Notes under the pieces: generated by a model | Told to the model about the DNA's origin: nothing | Database searches by the model: none | The model's input: only the letters and a program-made list of their open reading frames with translations | From: an uncultured Gammaproteobacteria bacterium | Lineage (GTDB): Bacteria; Pseudomonadota; Gammaproteobacteria; JAADHQ01 | Direction of reading: 5' to 3' | Assembly (NCBI GenBank): GCA_947258655.1 | Contig: CAMYJD010000012.1 | Span: 13,323-77,322, forward strand | DNA length: 64,000 bases | Shown: positions 54,912 through 64,000 of the stretch, piece after piece | Position numbering within the stretch: position 1 is the stretch's first letter | Layout of the letters: the number at the start of each line of letters is the position of its first letter | Made by a program: the position numbers and the translations under genes

Positions 54912-55550
54912 TTAGCCTACTTTGTCGAGTTCACGCGGTCGAAATTTCACCCCATAGTCATCAGCTATTTCGCGACAGGCATTGATATCGACACCTTCCA
55001 GTCCGTCGATAGCGGTAAGGGTGATATCATCGATATATTGTTTGGCACATTCGATAAAATCGAGTAATGCCGGATAGGTTCCTGTTAGCGGCGGGCGGCA
55101 ATGGCGGTTATAAACGTCCTCCGATTGTGCATTCAGGGAGACAGAGATGGCATCCACCTTACCGGCGAGTTCGGGAGTGATGTCCATGCCCTGGACAAGA
55201 TTGCCGAGTCCGTCGGTATTCAGGCGCACGCGGATCTGCTCAGGGATTGCTTCAGCGACTTCCAATAATGCCGAAAGGCGCATGGTCGGCTCACCAAGAC
55301 CGCAGAACACAACCTCGTTATAGCGGGTTGGATCACCTATTGCCGCTACAATGTCATCGACACTGGGATCAGCGCATAACTTCAGATTATAACCCTGCAC
55401 ATCCCATATCTTGTTGAATTTCGGGCAGAAGTTACACTTTAGCGTACAGCGGTTGGTGAGATTGACATAACAATTACCATGTAAGTTGTAAGTCAGAATA
55501 TCGCCCGATCTGGAATGGACACCGCTACTCCATTTATTGCTATTTGACAT
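54912..55550 (-). CDS. small radical-SAM protein (about 210 aa)
   Basis: CTLKCNFC cluster motif plus GLGEP. Confidence 0.55.
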   Translation of the reverse strand: MSNSNKWSSGVHSRSGDILTYNLHGNCYVNLTNRCTLKCNFCPKFNKIWDVQGYNLKLCADPSVDDIVAAIGDPTRYNEVVFCGLGEPTMRLSALLEVAEAIPEQIRVRLNTDGLGNLVQGMDITPELAGKVDAISVSLNAQSEDVYNRHCRPPLTGTYPALLDFIECAKQYIDDITLTAIDGLEGVDINACREIADDYGVKFRPRELDKVG

Positions 55551-55936
55551 GTCTAATACTCAAAGTTACCTATAATAAATAAAATACCTTTTTAGCTTAT
55601 TGTTGTTAATTTTGTATTGATTTGGATCAAAACGCAGCTATATTCGCTGAAAAAGTACATATCACCATAGCATTACAACTTTCTATCATGATCTATTACA
55701 TGTTTTTTTGATGATTCATATCGCTTTAATTATGTGCTAGAGTGAATTGTTTTTATAGTCAATGACTTACATATTTTTCTGTGTTTACTAATAGGCTGCA
55801 ACGAAAAATATCGCCAATAGCATTAAAATATTAGCAAATTCTTATAAAGATATTTATGGCCGTGCCGATACAAGCGTTATCGAGACTACACAGTGCCTTT
55901 TTGGGGCTTGAGAATTTAACATTCAATGGAGGCTAC

Positions 55937-56767
55937 ATGGCTTACAAAATAAAACGCGCAATGATAAATCTGGGGCTCATGGCCGCAATCGTTATGCCTG
56001 GAATGGTATCGGCCGAATTGATCTTTACGGCCCCGCCACGTGAAACCCCGGAGGCAGGCCAAAAGCTCTATGGCCCGCTGGCTGAGCATTTGTCTGGACT
56101 ACTGAATGAAAAGGTCGCGTATCAGCATCCCGGCAACTGGCGTAAATATAAAAAGGATATGCAAAAGGGCGTCTATGACATCGTCTTTGATGGTCCGCAT
56201 TTTGCCGCCTGGCGTATGCAGAAAAAACAGGCGGAAGCGGCGGTAAAATTACCCGGCCAATTGAGTTTTGTACTGGTCGCGCGTAAGGATCAGAACATAT
56301 CCGACAAGAAACAGCTGATCGGCAAGAAGGTGTGCACGCTGCCATCACCTAATCTGGGTGCGATGACCGTGTATTCAATGTATCCGAATCAGATGAGCCA
56401 GCCGAAATTCACGTTTATTAAGGGTGGCTTCAAGAAAGTAACGAAGTCCATGATGGCCGGCAAGTGTGTTGCGTCAATAATGCGTAAGTCATTTTTCACC
56501 AAGAAACTGCCACAGGAAACACGTGACAAGCTGGTCGTGCTGGAAATCAGCAAGCCTTATGTAAACCAGGGTATGACATTGAATGCACGTATCCCTGCGG
56601 CCAAGCGCAAGATGATCATCGAGTCGTTAACCAAGGGTGAAGGCAAGAACGCAGCGCGCCCGTTGTTTGAGCGTTTCAGCGCCAATGCCACCAGCTTTAT
56701 TATTGCTGAAGGCAAGGAATATGATGAACTGAACCTGCTGAAAAAGAACAATATGTTTGGTTGGTAA
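55937..56767 (+). CDS. PhnD/SsuA-family periplasmic substrate-binding protein (paralogue 4, no adjacent kinase)
   Basis: start at MAYKIKRAMINLGL; signal peptide; followed by a strong terminator. Confidence 0.65.
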   Translation: MAYKIKRAMINLGLMAAIVMPGMVSAELIFTAPPRETPEAGQKLYGPLAEHLSGLLNEKVAYQHPGNWRKYKKDMQKGVYDIVFDGPHFAAWRMQKKQAEAAVKLPGQLSFVLVARKDQNISDKKQLIGKKVCTLPSPNLGAMTVYSMYPNQMSQPKFTFIKGGFKKVTKSMMAGKCVASIMRKSFFTKKLPQETRDKLVVLEISKPYVNQGMTLNARIPAAKRKMIIESLTKGEGKNAARPLFERFSANATSFIIAEGKEYDELNLLKKNNMFGW

Positions 56768-56787
56768 CAGGTTCTACAGTAATATAG

Positions 56788-56819
56788 AAAAGGCCCGCAT
56801 ATGCGGGCCTTTTGTTTTG
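56788..56819 (+). terminator. rho-independent terminator AAAAGGCCCGCAT/ATGCGGGCCTTTTGTTTTG
   Basis: perfect 18-nt palindrome followed by a T-run. Confidence 0.75.
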
Positions 56820-56956
56820 CTTCAAGGAGCAATTCAGAACTCATGCGTTATGGCTTGCAGGATACAATCACATATCTATAGCAGTATTTGCTAGAATAAA
56901 ACTTGTATCGTTTTCTCTGGTTGTATAATTATTTCACTCTTACAATGGTAATGTAG

Positions 56957-58090
56957 ATGCAGCAATTGCACGTACCACAGGGCAAATATATCCTGTCACG
57001 CTACCCGGAGCGTAAAAAAGAAAACCTGCGTGCCTGGGATGCAGCCGATGAAATGCTGTTGCTGCATGTACATGAACAGGACTGGCTGACAACGGATGAC
57101 AGGCTATTGATCATGAATGACAGCTTTGGCGCGTTATCGGTTGCGATGGCAATGTACAAACCTGAAATGCTTAGCGATTCGTATCTGGCCATGCAGGGAA
57201 CGCGTACAAACCTGAAAGCTAATGCTATAGCAGACGGAAAAGTGTCGATTATCACTAGTATGGACACCCTGCAGGGTACGTATGATCGGGTATTGATAAA
57301 GATCCCGAAGAGTCTGGCACAACTGGAAGCACAGCTTTATCAGATACGGCCGCATTTACACGCGCGCAGCAGTATCATTGCCGCAGGCATGGTAAAGGCC
57401 ATTCATACCTCCACCCTGGAGCTGTTTGAGCGCATAATAGGACCGACACGTACCTCACTGGCGCGTAAAAAAGCCCGTATGATTTTTTGTCAGTACGATC
57501 ATGATCTCGATCCAGGTATCAATCCTTATCCCCGTGAATACATACTTGATAATAGAGATTATCGCATTATTAATCATGCCAGTGTCTTCTCACAACAGAG
57601 CCTTGACATCGGTAGCCGATTTTTTATCGAACATATACCATCATCAACACAGGCAAAAAAGATCGTCGATCTGGGTTGCGGTAACGGCGTCATCGGATTG
57701 ATAGCGGCTGAAAGAAACCCCGCAGCCGAATTGTACTTTATTGATGAATCCTATATGGCCGTGGCGTCGGCACAGGCGACTTTCACAGCGGCCTTCGGCA
57801 ACAGCCGTAAAGCAACATTCAGTGTGGCTGACGGGCTTGAAGGATTTGCCGATAACAGTATCGACCTGATCCTGAACAATCCACCGTTTCATCAGCATAA
57901 TGCCGTTGGTGACAGCGTTGCCTGGCAGATGTTTACAGCGGCGAAGAACGTCCTGAGACAGGGAGGAGAATTATGGGTGATCGGTAACCGCCATCTCGGC
58001 TATCACGTAAAGCTGAAACGCCTTTTCGGGAATTATGCCAACATCGCCAGTAACCGCAAGTTTGTTATCCTCAAGGCCGTCAAACGTTAA
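56957..58090 (+). CDS. rlmG: 23S rRNA (guanine1835-N2)-methyltransferase
   Basis: 377 aa, colinear with E. coli RlmG/YgjO incl. DLGCGNGVIGL and NPPFHQ. Confidence 0.85.
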   Translation: MQQLHVPQGKYILSRYPERKKENLRAWDAADEMLLLHVHEQDWLTTDDRLLIMNDSFGALSVAMAMYKPEMLSDSYLAMQGTRTNLKANAIADGKVSIITSMDTLQGTYDRVLIKIPKSLAQLEAQLYQIRPHLHARSSIIAAGMVKAIHTSTLELFERIIGPTRTSLARKKARMIFCQYDHDLDPGINPYPREYILDNRDYRIINHASVFSQQSLDIGSRFFIEHIPSSTQAKKIVDLGCGNGVIGLIAAERNPAAELYFIDESYMAVASAQATFTAAFGNSRKATFSVADGLEGFADNSIDLILNNPPFHQHNAVGDSVAWQMFTAAKNVLRQGGELWVIGNRHLGYHVKLKRLFGNYANIASNRKFVILKAVKR

Positions 58091-58169
58091 TGGTTAGTTG
58101 AAGATGTTAATTATGTAATTCAGCGATTACGGCTATACTATTACAGTTATGGAAATTAAATAAAGAAGG

Positions 58170-58766
58170 ATGCTTATGTCGACAGAAATTACGCGCTGCG
58201 TATGGGCAGGCAGCGACCCGGATTACATCAATTATCACGACAAGGAATGGGGTATACCGGTCTACAATGATCGTAAGCTTTTCGAAATGCTGATTCTGGA
58301 AGGAGCGCAGGCAGGACTGAGCTGGATTACTGTGCTGAAGAAACGCCCACATTATCGCAAGGTGTTCGAACGCTTCGACCCACACAAGATAGCGTTGTTC
58401 AACAAACGCAAGGTCAATAGCCTGTTAAAAGATCCAGGCATTATTCGTAACCGGCTGAAAGTAGAAGCAACTATAGTGAATGCACAATCGTCTCTGGAAA
58501 TCAGGGCTAACTATGGGAAATTCAGCGATTTTCTCTGGCAGTTTGTCGATGGTCGTCCAGTTCAGAACCGTTGGAAGACAATAAATCAGATTCCTGTGAA
58601 TACAAAAGAATCAGACGCGATGAGTAAGGAATTGAAGCGCCATGGTTTTAAATTTGTCGGTACGACGATTTGTTATGCCTTTATGCAGGCCGTCGGTATG
58701 GTCAATGATCATACGACTGACTGTTTTTGTTATGAACCAGTCAAATCAACAGGAGGAGTAAAATGA
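58170..58766 (+). CDS. tag: DNA-3-methyladenine glycosylase I
   Basis: RCVWAGSDPDYINYHDKEWGIP.. Confidence 0.9.
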   Translation: MLMSTEITRCVWAGSDPDYINYHDKEWGIPVYNDRKLFEMLILEGAQAGLSWITVLKKRPHYRKVFERFDPHKIALFNKRKVNSLLKDPGIIRNRLKVEATIVNAQSSLEIRANYGKFSDFLWQFVDGRPVQNRWKTINQIPVNTKESDAMSKELKRHGFKFVGTTICYAFMQAVGMVNDHTTDCFCYEPVKSTGGVK

Positions 58767-59212
58767 CTGTACCTAGCAAGCCTGATAGCTGTGCGTGGCT
58801 AATGCCGATGCTGACAGTCAGGGATGTACTGGCGAGTCTTGATTTCTATGAAAAGGCCTTCGGCTTTGAACGCGGCATGACGATGCCCGATGAACAGGGA
58901 AACATAGCCTATGCTGATATGCTCTATAAAGGCATGCAGGTCGTTATGATGATGCCAGAAGGGGCATGGGGTAGTCAGACAAAGGCACCAGCCAGTAACG
59001 GTGTTGATTCGCCAGTGAATCTGTACGTCTATTGCGATAACGTCGATGTACTGTGCGAGCAGGCGCAACAGGCGCAAGCAAGTATTATAAACAAGCCTGA
59101 AGATATGTTCTGGGGCGATCGGACCAGCTGTATCAAGGATCCTGATGGTCACATGTGGACCTTCGCGACACATATAGCCGATGTCGAGCTTGATAATATG
59201 GCCGCAAAATGA
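58763..59212 (+). CDS. VOC/glyoxalase-family protein
   Basis: 149 aa; overlaps tag by 4 nt. Confidence 0.65.
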   Translation: MTVPSKPDSCAWLMPMLTVRDVLASLDFYEKAFGFERGMTMPDEQGNIAYADMLYKGMQVVMMMPEGAWGSQTKAPASNGVDSPVNLYVYCDNVDVLCEQAQQAQASIINKPEDMFWGDRTSCIKDPDGHMWTFATHIADVELDNMAAK

Positions 59213-59274
59213 CACCTGGATGTGAAAACCTGCTATGAAAATAACAGTACGGGCCTGAACATTAGCCCGTACGG

Positions 59275-60243
59275 TTATTTGACTTTACCGACAATATAGA
59301 TACTACCGATAATCAATATTATCCCGATAAGTTGCGCTGCAGTTAATGTCTCATCGAGTACAAAGTAGGCCAGTATCAGTGTCATAACCGGGCCGATGGC
59401 ACTGACAAGTGCTGTACGACTGGCGCCAATACGCTGGATTCCGGCATTCATCATATACGCAGGCAATACGGTACAGAAAATGGCCATGACCAGCCCGATC
59501 AAATAAAAGGCCGATGTCATATCTAATAACAGTACTCCGTGCTTTGCTGTATAGTGCGCCAATGTAAACAATGTCGCGACCACCATCGACCAGGATGTGA
59601 ACCGTAACGATCCGATTCTGTTAATGATACCGTGGCTGCCAACCATGAAAACTGCAAAACTGAACGCTGCAGCAAACACCAGTGCGCCACCCTTGGTCAC
59701 ATCGTTGCCGCTAGCGGAACTGTCTGTCATAAACATCAACATCAGGCCGAGATAGGCAACCAGAAGTGCCATTCTTTCATAGGAGTGGATTCTGCGCCTG
59801 CTGACTAACGCCGAAAGGATAACGACCAGTGTCGGATACAGGTACAGGATCATCCGTTCCAGTGAAGCCGATATATAGGCAAGCCCGGAGAAATCCAGTA
59901 GGCTGGACAGGTAGTAACCGAGAAACCCAAGGGCAATAACAGCGAGTATATCCTGTGAAGTCATACGCGCATGCATGTTAGTGCGGCTGTTCTGGATTGC
60001 AACAAGCAGAAAAAACGGTAATGCGATCAACATGCGTATGGCCATCAGACTGATGGCATCAATATCATGATCAAGTGCATAGGCGAGTTTGATCAATATA
60101 CCCTTGGATGCAAATCCCAATGCGGCCAGCATAACCATGCCCATTCCAATAAATACAGGTTGGTAATATGTCGCCGTGCGGTTTTGATCAGTGTCCATGT
60201 CCCTGTTCCCCGCCATGGCACCGGAACAGACTGCATAAAACAA
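59275..60243 (-). CDS. DMT-superfamily (EamA-like) transporter
   Basis: 10 TM helices in two halves. Confidence 0.7.
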   Translation of the reverse strand: MFYAVCSGAMAGNRDMDTDQNRTATYYQPVFIGMGMVMLAALGFASKGILIKLAYALDHDIDAISLMAIRMLIALPFFLLVAIQNSRTNMHARMTSQDILAVIALGFLGYYLSSLLDFSGLAYISASLERMILYLYPTLVVILSALVSRRRIHSYERMALLVAYLGLMLMFMTDSSASGNDVTKGGALVFAAAFSFAVFMVGSHGIINRIGSLRFTSWSMVVATLFTLAHYTAKHGVLLLDMTSAFYLIGLVMAIFCTVLPAYMMNAGIQRIGASRTALVSAIGPVMTLILAYFVLDETLTAAQLIGIILIIGSIYIVGKVK

Positions 60244-60448
60244 AACAGCCGTGTCTGGTTGCCACGGCTGTTTTGTTATTAGAAATTCAATTCAATAGCG
60301 TCAGCCGTGTATACCCCATACCAGTAGCCACGGTTTGCTAATAAATTGAAGTGTGATTGTTATGTATTTGTTCATGATTGCAGACTAGTCATATATTGAT
60401 ATTGTGTCAACAGTAAAAAAGGGGTTAAAAAAGTAAAAAAGTAAAAAA

Positions 60449-60504
60449 GGGGTCGGTGACAAATCGTAATACGAATGATTTACATTTGTCACCGACCCCT
60501 TTTT
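60449..60504. terminator. 15-bp-stem hairpin GGGGTCGGTGACAAA..TTTGTCACCGACCCC flanked by T-runs on both strands
   Basis: seen in sequence; overlaps the stop codon of the 60503-60955 gene. Confidence 0.7.
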
Positions 60505-60955
60505 AGAGCCAACGTCTGATTCGGCTGGCATATGCAGCGTATTGCTGGCCAAACTTGTTGGCAAGCGCCTGTTCTTCCGGTTTTATATTCAGGGATGTGA
60601 TCGATACAATGAACAAAGGCAGGAGCAGGATGTTGATCAGGTTACCGATATAGATACACCAGGCGGTTAATATCAGCAAAAAACCCAGGTACATCGGATT
60701 ACGCGTATAGCGGTAAACGCCAGTGGTGACGAGCGTGCTCGCATTGCCTGGCTTGAGCGGATTAAATGTCGTTGCGTATTTTCTGAACAGTGCGCCGCCA
60801 GCCAGTACCAGCAGCAGACCACAGAGCGCAACAACAGCAGCGCTGATTTGCTGCGCTGTGAATGTGAAATCGGCAAATGGCAACAATGCATTGATGGCCA
60901 GCATCAGCAGACCAAAACACAGCAGCTGTAGCATCGGCAGTATTCTCATTGGCAT
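60503..60955 (-). CDS. isoprenylcysteine carboxyl methyltransferase (ICMT/PEMT)-family membrane methyltransferase
   Basis: GVYRYTRNPMYLG motif. Confidence 0.7.
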   Translation of the reverse strand: MPMRILPMLQLLCFGLLMLAINALLPFADFTFTAQQISAAVVALCGLLLVLAGGALFRKYATTFNPLKPGNASTLVTTGVYRYTRNPMYLGFLLILTAWCIYIGNLINILLLPLFIVSITSLNIKPEEQALANKFGQQYAAYASRIRRWL

Positions 60956-60999
60956 ATAATCTTATATCTGTGCTGGTCCACAATGTATGACATCAGCGC

Positions 61000-61512
61000 C
61001 TATCGATAGATGGCAAGTTCAGTAGTATGTCTGTCGGGGTCGGGGTCATGGATTGCATTGATATTTTCGATCATACGGATGTAGTCGGCGGGCAGACGGT
61101 GTTCGCGTGCGCCTGCAAGTACATGCTCCTTGTACCAGTGGTAAGGTGACAATGAGTCATTGATGGTAGTTGCGTAGTAGGTATGCGCCTTTACGCTGTT
61201 GCCTGTGTTCGTCAGTACGGTTACATGCTTTTGTTCATAGCCCTGACCCAGTCCCTCTATACGGTCAAGTATTTTTTTATCGGATGACAATAGCCTGAAT
61301 AATACTCCGATAACAACATGCCCTTGTTGTTGTGTATGTTCGACATCACACTTGGCAGAACCGTCATTGCCCACCTTGCGAAAGCCTAGCCTGTGCCCGT
61401 GCAACCTGGCTGTGTCGATTACGGCAGCTGACGGCACGCGTTTCGTGATACGCCTGACAGACATATTGGAGCCATAGGCAAAATATAAGATATCTGTACG
61501 TGTGGTGTTCAT
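61000..61512 (-). CDS. gamma-glutamylcyclotransferase (AIG2/GGCT-like)
   Basis: YFAYGSNM N-terminal motif. Confidence 0.7.
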   Translation of the reverse strand: MNTTRTDILYFAYGSNMSVRRITKRVPSAAVIDTARLHGHRLGFRKVGNDGSAKCDVEHTQQQGHVVIGVLFRLLSSDKKILDRIEGLGQGYEQKHVTVLTNTGNSVKAHTYYATTINDSLSPYHWYKEHVLAGAREHRLPADYIRMIENINAIHDPDPDRHTTELAIYR

Positions 61513-61520
61513 GGCAGGTG

Positions 61521-61754
61521 TCAGGATTTACCCGGGCCGATAAGAATGGTAATCAATGCAGCGGCTATCGTACCGATCACGATGACGCTTAACAGGGTTG
61601 TCAGGTAGTCGTTAAACACCTCTTTGGAAATGGTGCCCGTGACCAATAGAATGGCTAACGCCGCGACCAGGATAACGGTGATGGCAAAGGCGAGTTTGAG
61701 GATGCCAGACAGGCCGCTCTTATTCGATGTTGTCGTTTGTGGAAGATCAGACAT
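61521..61754 (-). CDS. small 2-TM membrane protein
   Basis: start taken at MSDLPQTT; two hydrophobic helices. Confidence 0.35.
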   Translation of the reverse strand: MSDLPQTTTSNKSGLSGILKLAFAITVILVAALAILLVTGTISKEVFNDYLTTLLSVIVIGTIAAALITILIGPGKS

Positions 61755-62032
61755 AAAATTAGTTTTCCTGCGTAGTTGCCAGTGCCATGTGCAAGGCTTT
61801 CTTTGGTCATGATGATCAGGCACATCACTTCAGGTTGCGCATAGGCCTGCGATGACGTCTTCGGCAGTATATACAATAATATCGGTATCGGCACATATAC
61901 ACGCTTTATATGTATGGTTTTAGCCGACACCAACGCAATTTGCCGCATTCCACATAGTTTTATCTGGCAAATTACTCATATTCCTGTGGTGTTTGCTATA
62001 ATCATGCTCCGTTTTTTCACTACCGCATCAAC

Positions 62033-63076
62033 ATGAGCAGACAAATCAAAGCTGTTTCCCTGATATCCGGCGGCCTCGACTCGTTATTGGCGACCCGGGT
62101 TGTCATGGACCAGGGCGTACACGTAGAAGGCATCAATTTTTTTACCGGATTCTGCGTCGAAGGGCATACCCATGCCATTCGCAAAAAAGACCGGGCCAAA
62201 CCCAAGCGTAACAATGCACTGTGGGTAGCCGAGCAACTGGGGATCAAGTTGCATATCATTGATGTTATCGAGGACTACAAGGATGTATTGATCAATCCCA
62301 AGCATGGCTATGGCGCGAATATGAATCCTTGCCATGATTGCAAGACCTTCATGGTGAGCAAGGCACTGGAGTGGATCGAACGCAACGAGTTCGATTTCAT
62401 CATTACCGGTGAGGTCGTAGGTCAGCGGCCGATGTCGCAACGCAAGGATACGATGCCGGTGATCGCACGGGAGTCAGGCGCCGGCGAGCGTCTGCTGCGC
62501 CCCCTGTGCGCGCAGCACTTGCCTGAAACCCTGCCCGAGCAGATGGGCTGGGTAATGCGTGAGCAGTTACATGATTTTCATGGGCGTTCACGCAAACCGC
62601 AGATGGCACTGGCACAGCAATACGGATTTGAGGACTATGCCCAACCTGCAGGTGGCTGCTGTTTCCTGACCGATGAAAATTACTCCAAGAAACTGGTTGA
62701 CCTGTGGGATGCACGCGGTAACCGGGAATATGAAATGGACGATATCATGTTGCTAAAGGTAGGTCGCCATATCCGCCCATCCAGGAACTTCAAGTTGATC
62801 GTTGCGCGTGAAGAAGGCGAGGTAAACTTTATGCAAGGCTACCGTAATCGTTTTATTTCGATCAAGACTACCAGCCATAGTGGTCCATTAGTACTGGTCG
62901 ATGGCCAGCCGAATGAACAGGATTTGCAGTTGGCAGCACGCATTACCGCGCGTTACAGCAAGGGAAAACTGGCCGATGAGGTCGAGCTCGAGGTGTGCAG
63001 GCCCGACCAGGGTAGCATGCAGGTCAAGGTAAAACCGATGCCGGCCGCAGAGATGCCGGAGGCATGGTATGTTTAA
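62033..63076 (+). CDS. PP-loop ATP-pyrophosphatase (ThiI/TtuA-like tRNA sulfurtransferase family)
   Basis: SGGLDS PP-loop; conserved Cys (CHDCK); TusA gene immediately downstream. Confidence 0.65.
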   Translation: MSRQIKAVSLISGGLDSLLATRVVMDQGVHVEGINFFTGFCVEGHTHAIRKKDRAKPKRNNALWVAEQLGIKLHIIDVIEDYKDVLINPKHGYGANMNPCHDCKTFMVSKALEWIERNEFDFIITGEVVGQRPMSQRKDTMPVIARESGAGERLLRPLCAQHLPETLPEQMGWVMREQLHDFHGRSRKPQMALAQQYGFEDYAQPAGGCCFLTDENYSKKLVDLWDARGNREYEMDDIMLLKVGRHIRPSRNFKLIVAREEGEVNFMQGYRNRFISIKTTSHSGPLVLVDGQPNEQDLQLAARITARYSKGKLADEVELEVCRPDQGSMQVKVKPMPAAEMPEAWYV

Positions 63077-63114
63077 TCCCGACGTAATCAAAGATACATT
63101 AAAGCGAACGTAAT

Positions 63115-63342
63115 ATGGCCCATTTTGAACTCGATGCGACTGGTCTGCTCTGTCCGATGCCGGTCATCAGGACACAGGATCTGGTTGAAGACCTTAGCTG
63201 TGGTGACACGCTCGAGGTGTTATGTACCGACCCGGGCGCACTGAATGACGTCAGTGCCTGGTGCCGTATTAATGGTCACAAGCTCATCGATGCCAAACAG
63301 GACGAGGACCGCGTTATCATCAAAATACAGGTCATGCGTTAA
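63115..63342 (+). CDS. TusA-like sulfur carrier protein
   Basis: 75 aa, LLCPMPV (CPxP) motif. Confidence 0.8.
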   Translation: MAHFELDATGLLCPMPVIRTQDLVEDLSCGDTLEVLCTDPGALNDVSAWCRINGHKLIDAKQDEDRVIIKIQVMR

Positions 63343-63347
63343 TCACG

Positions 63348-64000
63348 ATGGAAAATGTACTCGCTGATCAACGCTATGCCGAAGCCAGAAAAGTAACCCT
63401 GGTTGGTTCGGTGCTGGACCTGGTGCTGGGCGTTGGCAAGATCTTCGCCGGCTATATAGGCAGTTCCCAGGCCCTGATTGCCGATGGTATTCATTCGCTG
63501 TCTGACCTCGTCACTGATGTGCTGGTGTTGTTCGCGGCCAAGCATGGCAGTCGCGCTGCCGACGAGGAGCACCCTTATGGGCATGCCCGTATAGAAACCA
63601 TGATGACCGTCGCGTTGGGCATGGCGCTGATCGCCGTTGCGTTGGGACTGGGCTATGATGCGGCGCGGCGCCTGTTTGAACCGGAGTTGCTGTTGCACCC
63701 GGGCTGGCTGGCGCTGATTGTCGCGGCGATATCGATCCTGTCCAAGGAGATTATTTATCACTATACGTTGCGTGCCGCGACAAGGCTGCGCTCTAATCTA
63801 TTGCGTGCCAATGCCTGGCATAGCCGTTCGGACGCGATATCCTCGGTTATTGTTTTAATCGGTGTGCTGGGTTCGATGGCCGGGCTTACATACCTTGATG
63901 CCATCGCCACGATAGGCGTGGTCTATATGATTGCCAAGATCGGCTGGGACCTGGCCTGGCACAGTATGCGCGAACTAGTTGACACCGCACTGGATGCCGA
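63348..64000 (+). CDS. cation diffusion facilitator (CDF) metal efflux transporter, 3' end beyond window
   Basis: manual translation MENVLADQRYAEARKVTLVGS..HSLSDLVTD..HSRSDAISS; not in ORF track because there is no stop. Confidence 0.7.
   Translation, partial: MENVLADQRYAEARKVTLVGSVLDLVLGVGKIFAGYIGSSQALIADGIHSLSDLVTDVLVLFAAKHGSRAADEEHPYGHARIETMMTVALGMALIAVALGLGYDAARRLFEPELLLHPGWLALIVAAISILSKEIIYHYTLRAATRLRSNLLRANAWHSRSDAISSVIVLIGVLGSMAGLTYLDAIATIGVVYMIAKIGWDLAWHSMRELVDTALDA

Noticed and set aside
60441-60448. CRISPR-like array from GTAAAAAAG repeats
   Set aside because: Units are 9 nt with no spacers, far too short; it is a simple A-rich tandem repeat beside a terminator.
63339-63761. 140-aa minus-strand ORF
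   Set aside because: Antisense to the CDF transporter reading frame that shows the family HxxxD motifs.

Overview
This window is a roughly 50% GC gammaproteobacterial chromosome segment that spans the replication-origin neighbourhood. The core block is rnpA-rpmH-yidD-yidC-mnmE on the minus strand, diverging from dnaA-dnaN-recF-gyrB on the plus strand. DnaA boxes flank dnaA on both sides, and the dnaA-dnaN spacer is strongly AT-rich. Further left, mnmG (gidA) and rsmG (gidB) are both present but are not adjacent. About 5 kb lies between them, carrying a membrane-associated cassette: a micro-ORF, an XpaC-like protein, a TelA-like protein, an SPFH protein with a GYF-like tail, a double zinc-ribbon anchored protein and a DUF302 protein. 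This is my top candidate for an undescribed system. Other notable content follows. A MerR-family-controlled MerP-like/thioredoxin/CcdA-DsbD-like thiol-metal redox operon sits behind a textbook MerR-type promoter. A cytochrome b561-PepSY-OmpR/HK module is present. There are four paralogous PhnD/SsuA-like periplasmic binding proteins. Three of them sit directly upstream of hybrid sensor kinases, and one of those kinases is decaying, with a frameshift plus a 25-bp tandem duplication. Housekeeping genes glyQS-mazG-gmhB-plsC, fbp, yaaA, rlmG and tag are present. Several low-GC islets carry a ClpS-like orphan, a repeat-containing lipoprotein plus an outer-membrane barrel, and a DsrE-like remnant. 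A 57-nt imperfect repeat element occurs in two intergenic regions. No CRISPR array, tRNA, rRNA, integrase or transposase was recognised. Families were assigned from motifs I recognise by eye, and none was verified by search.
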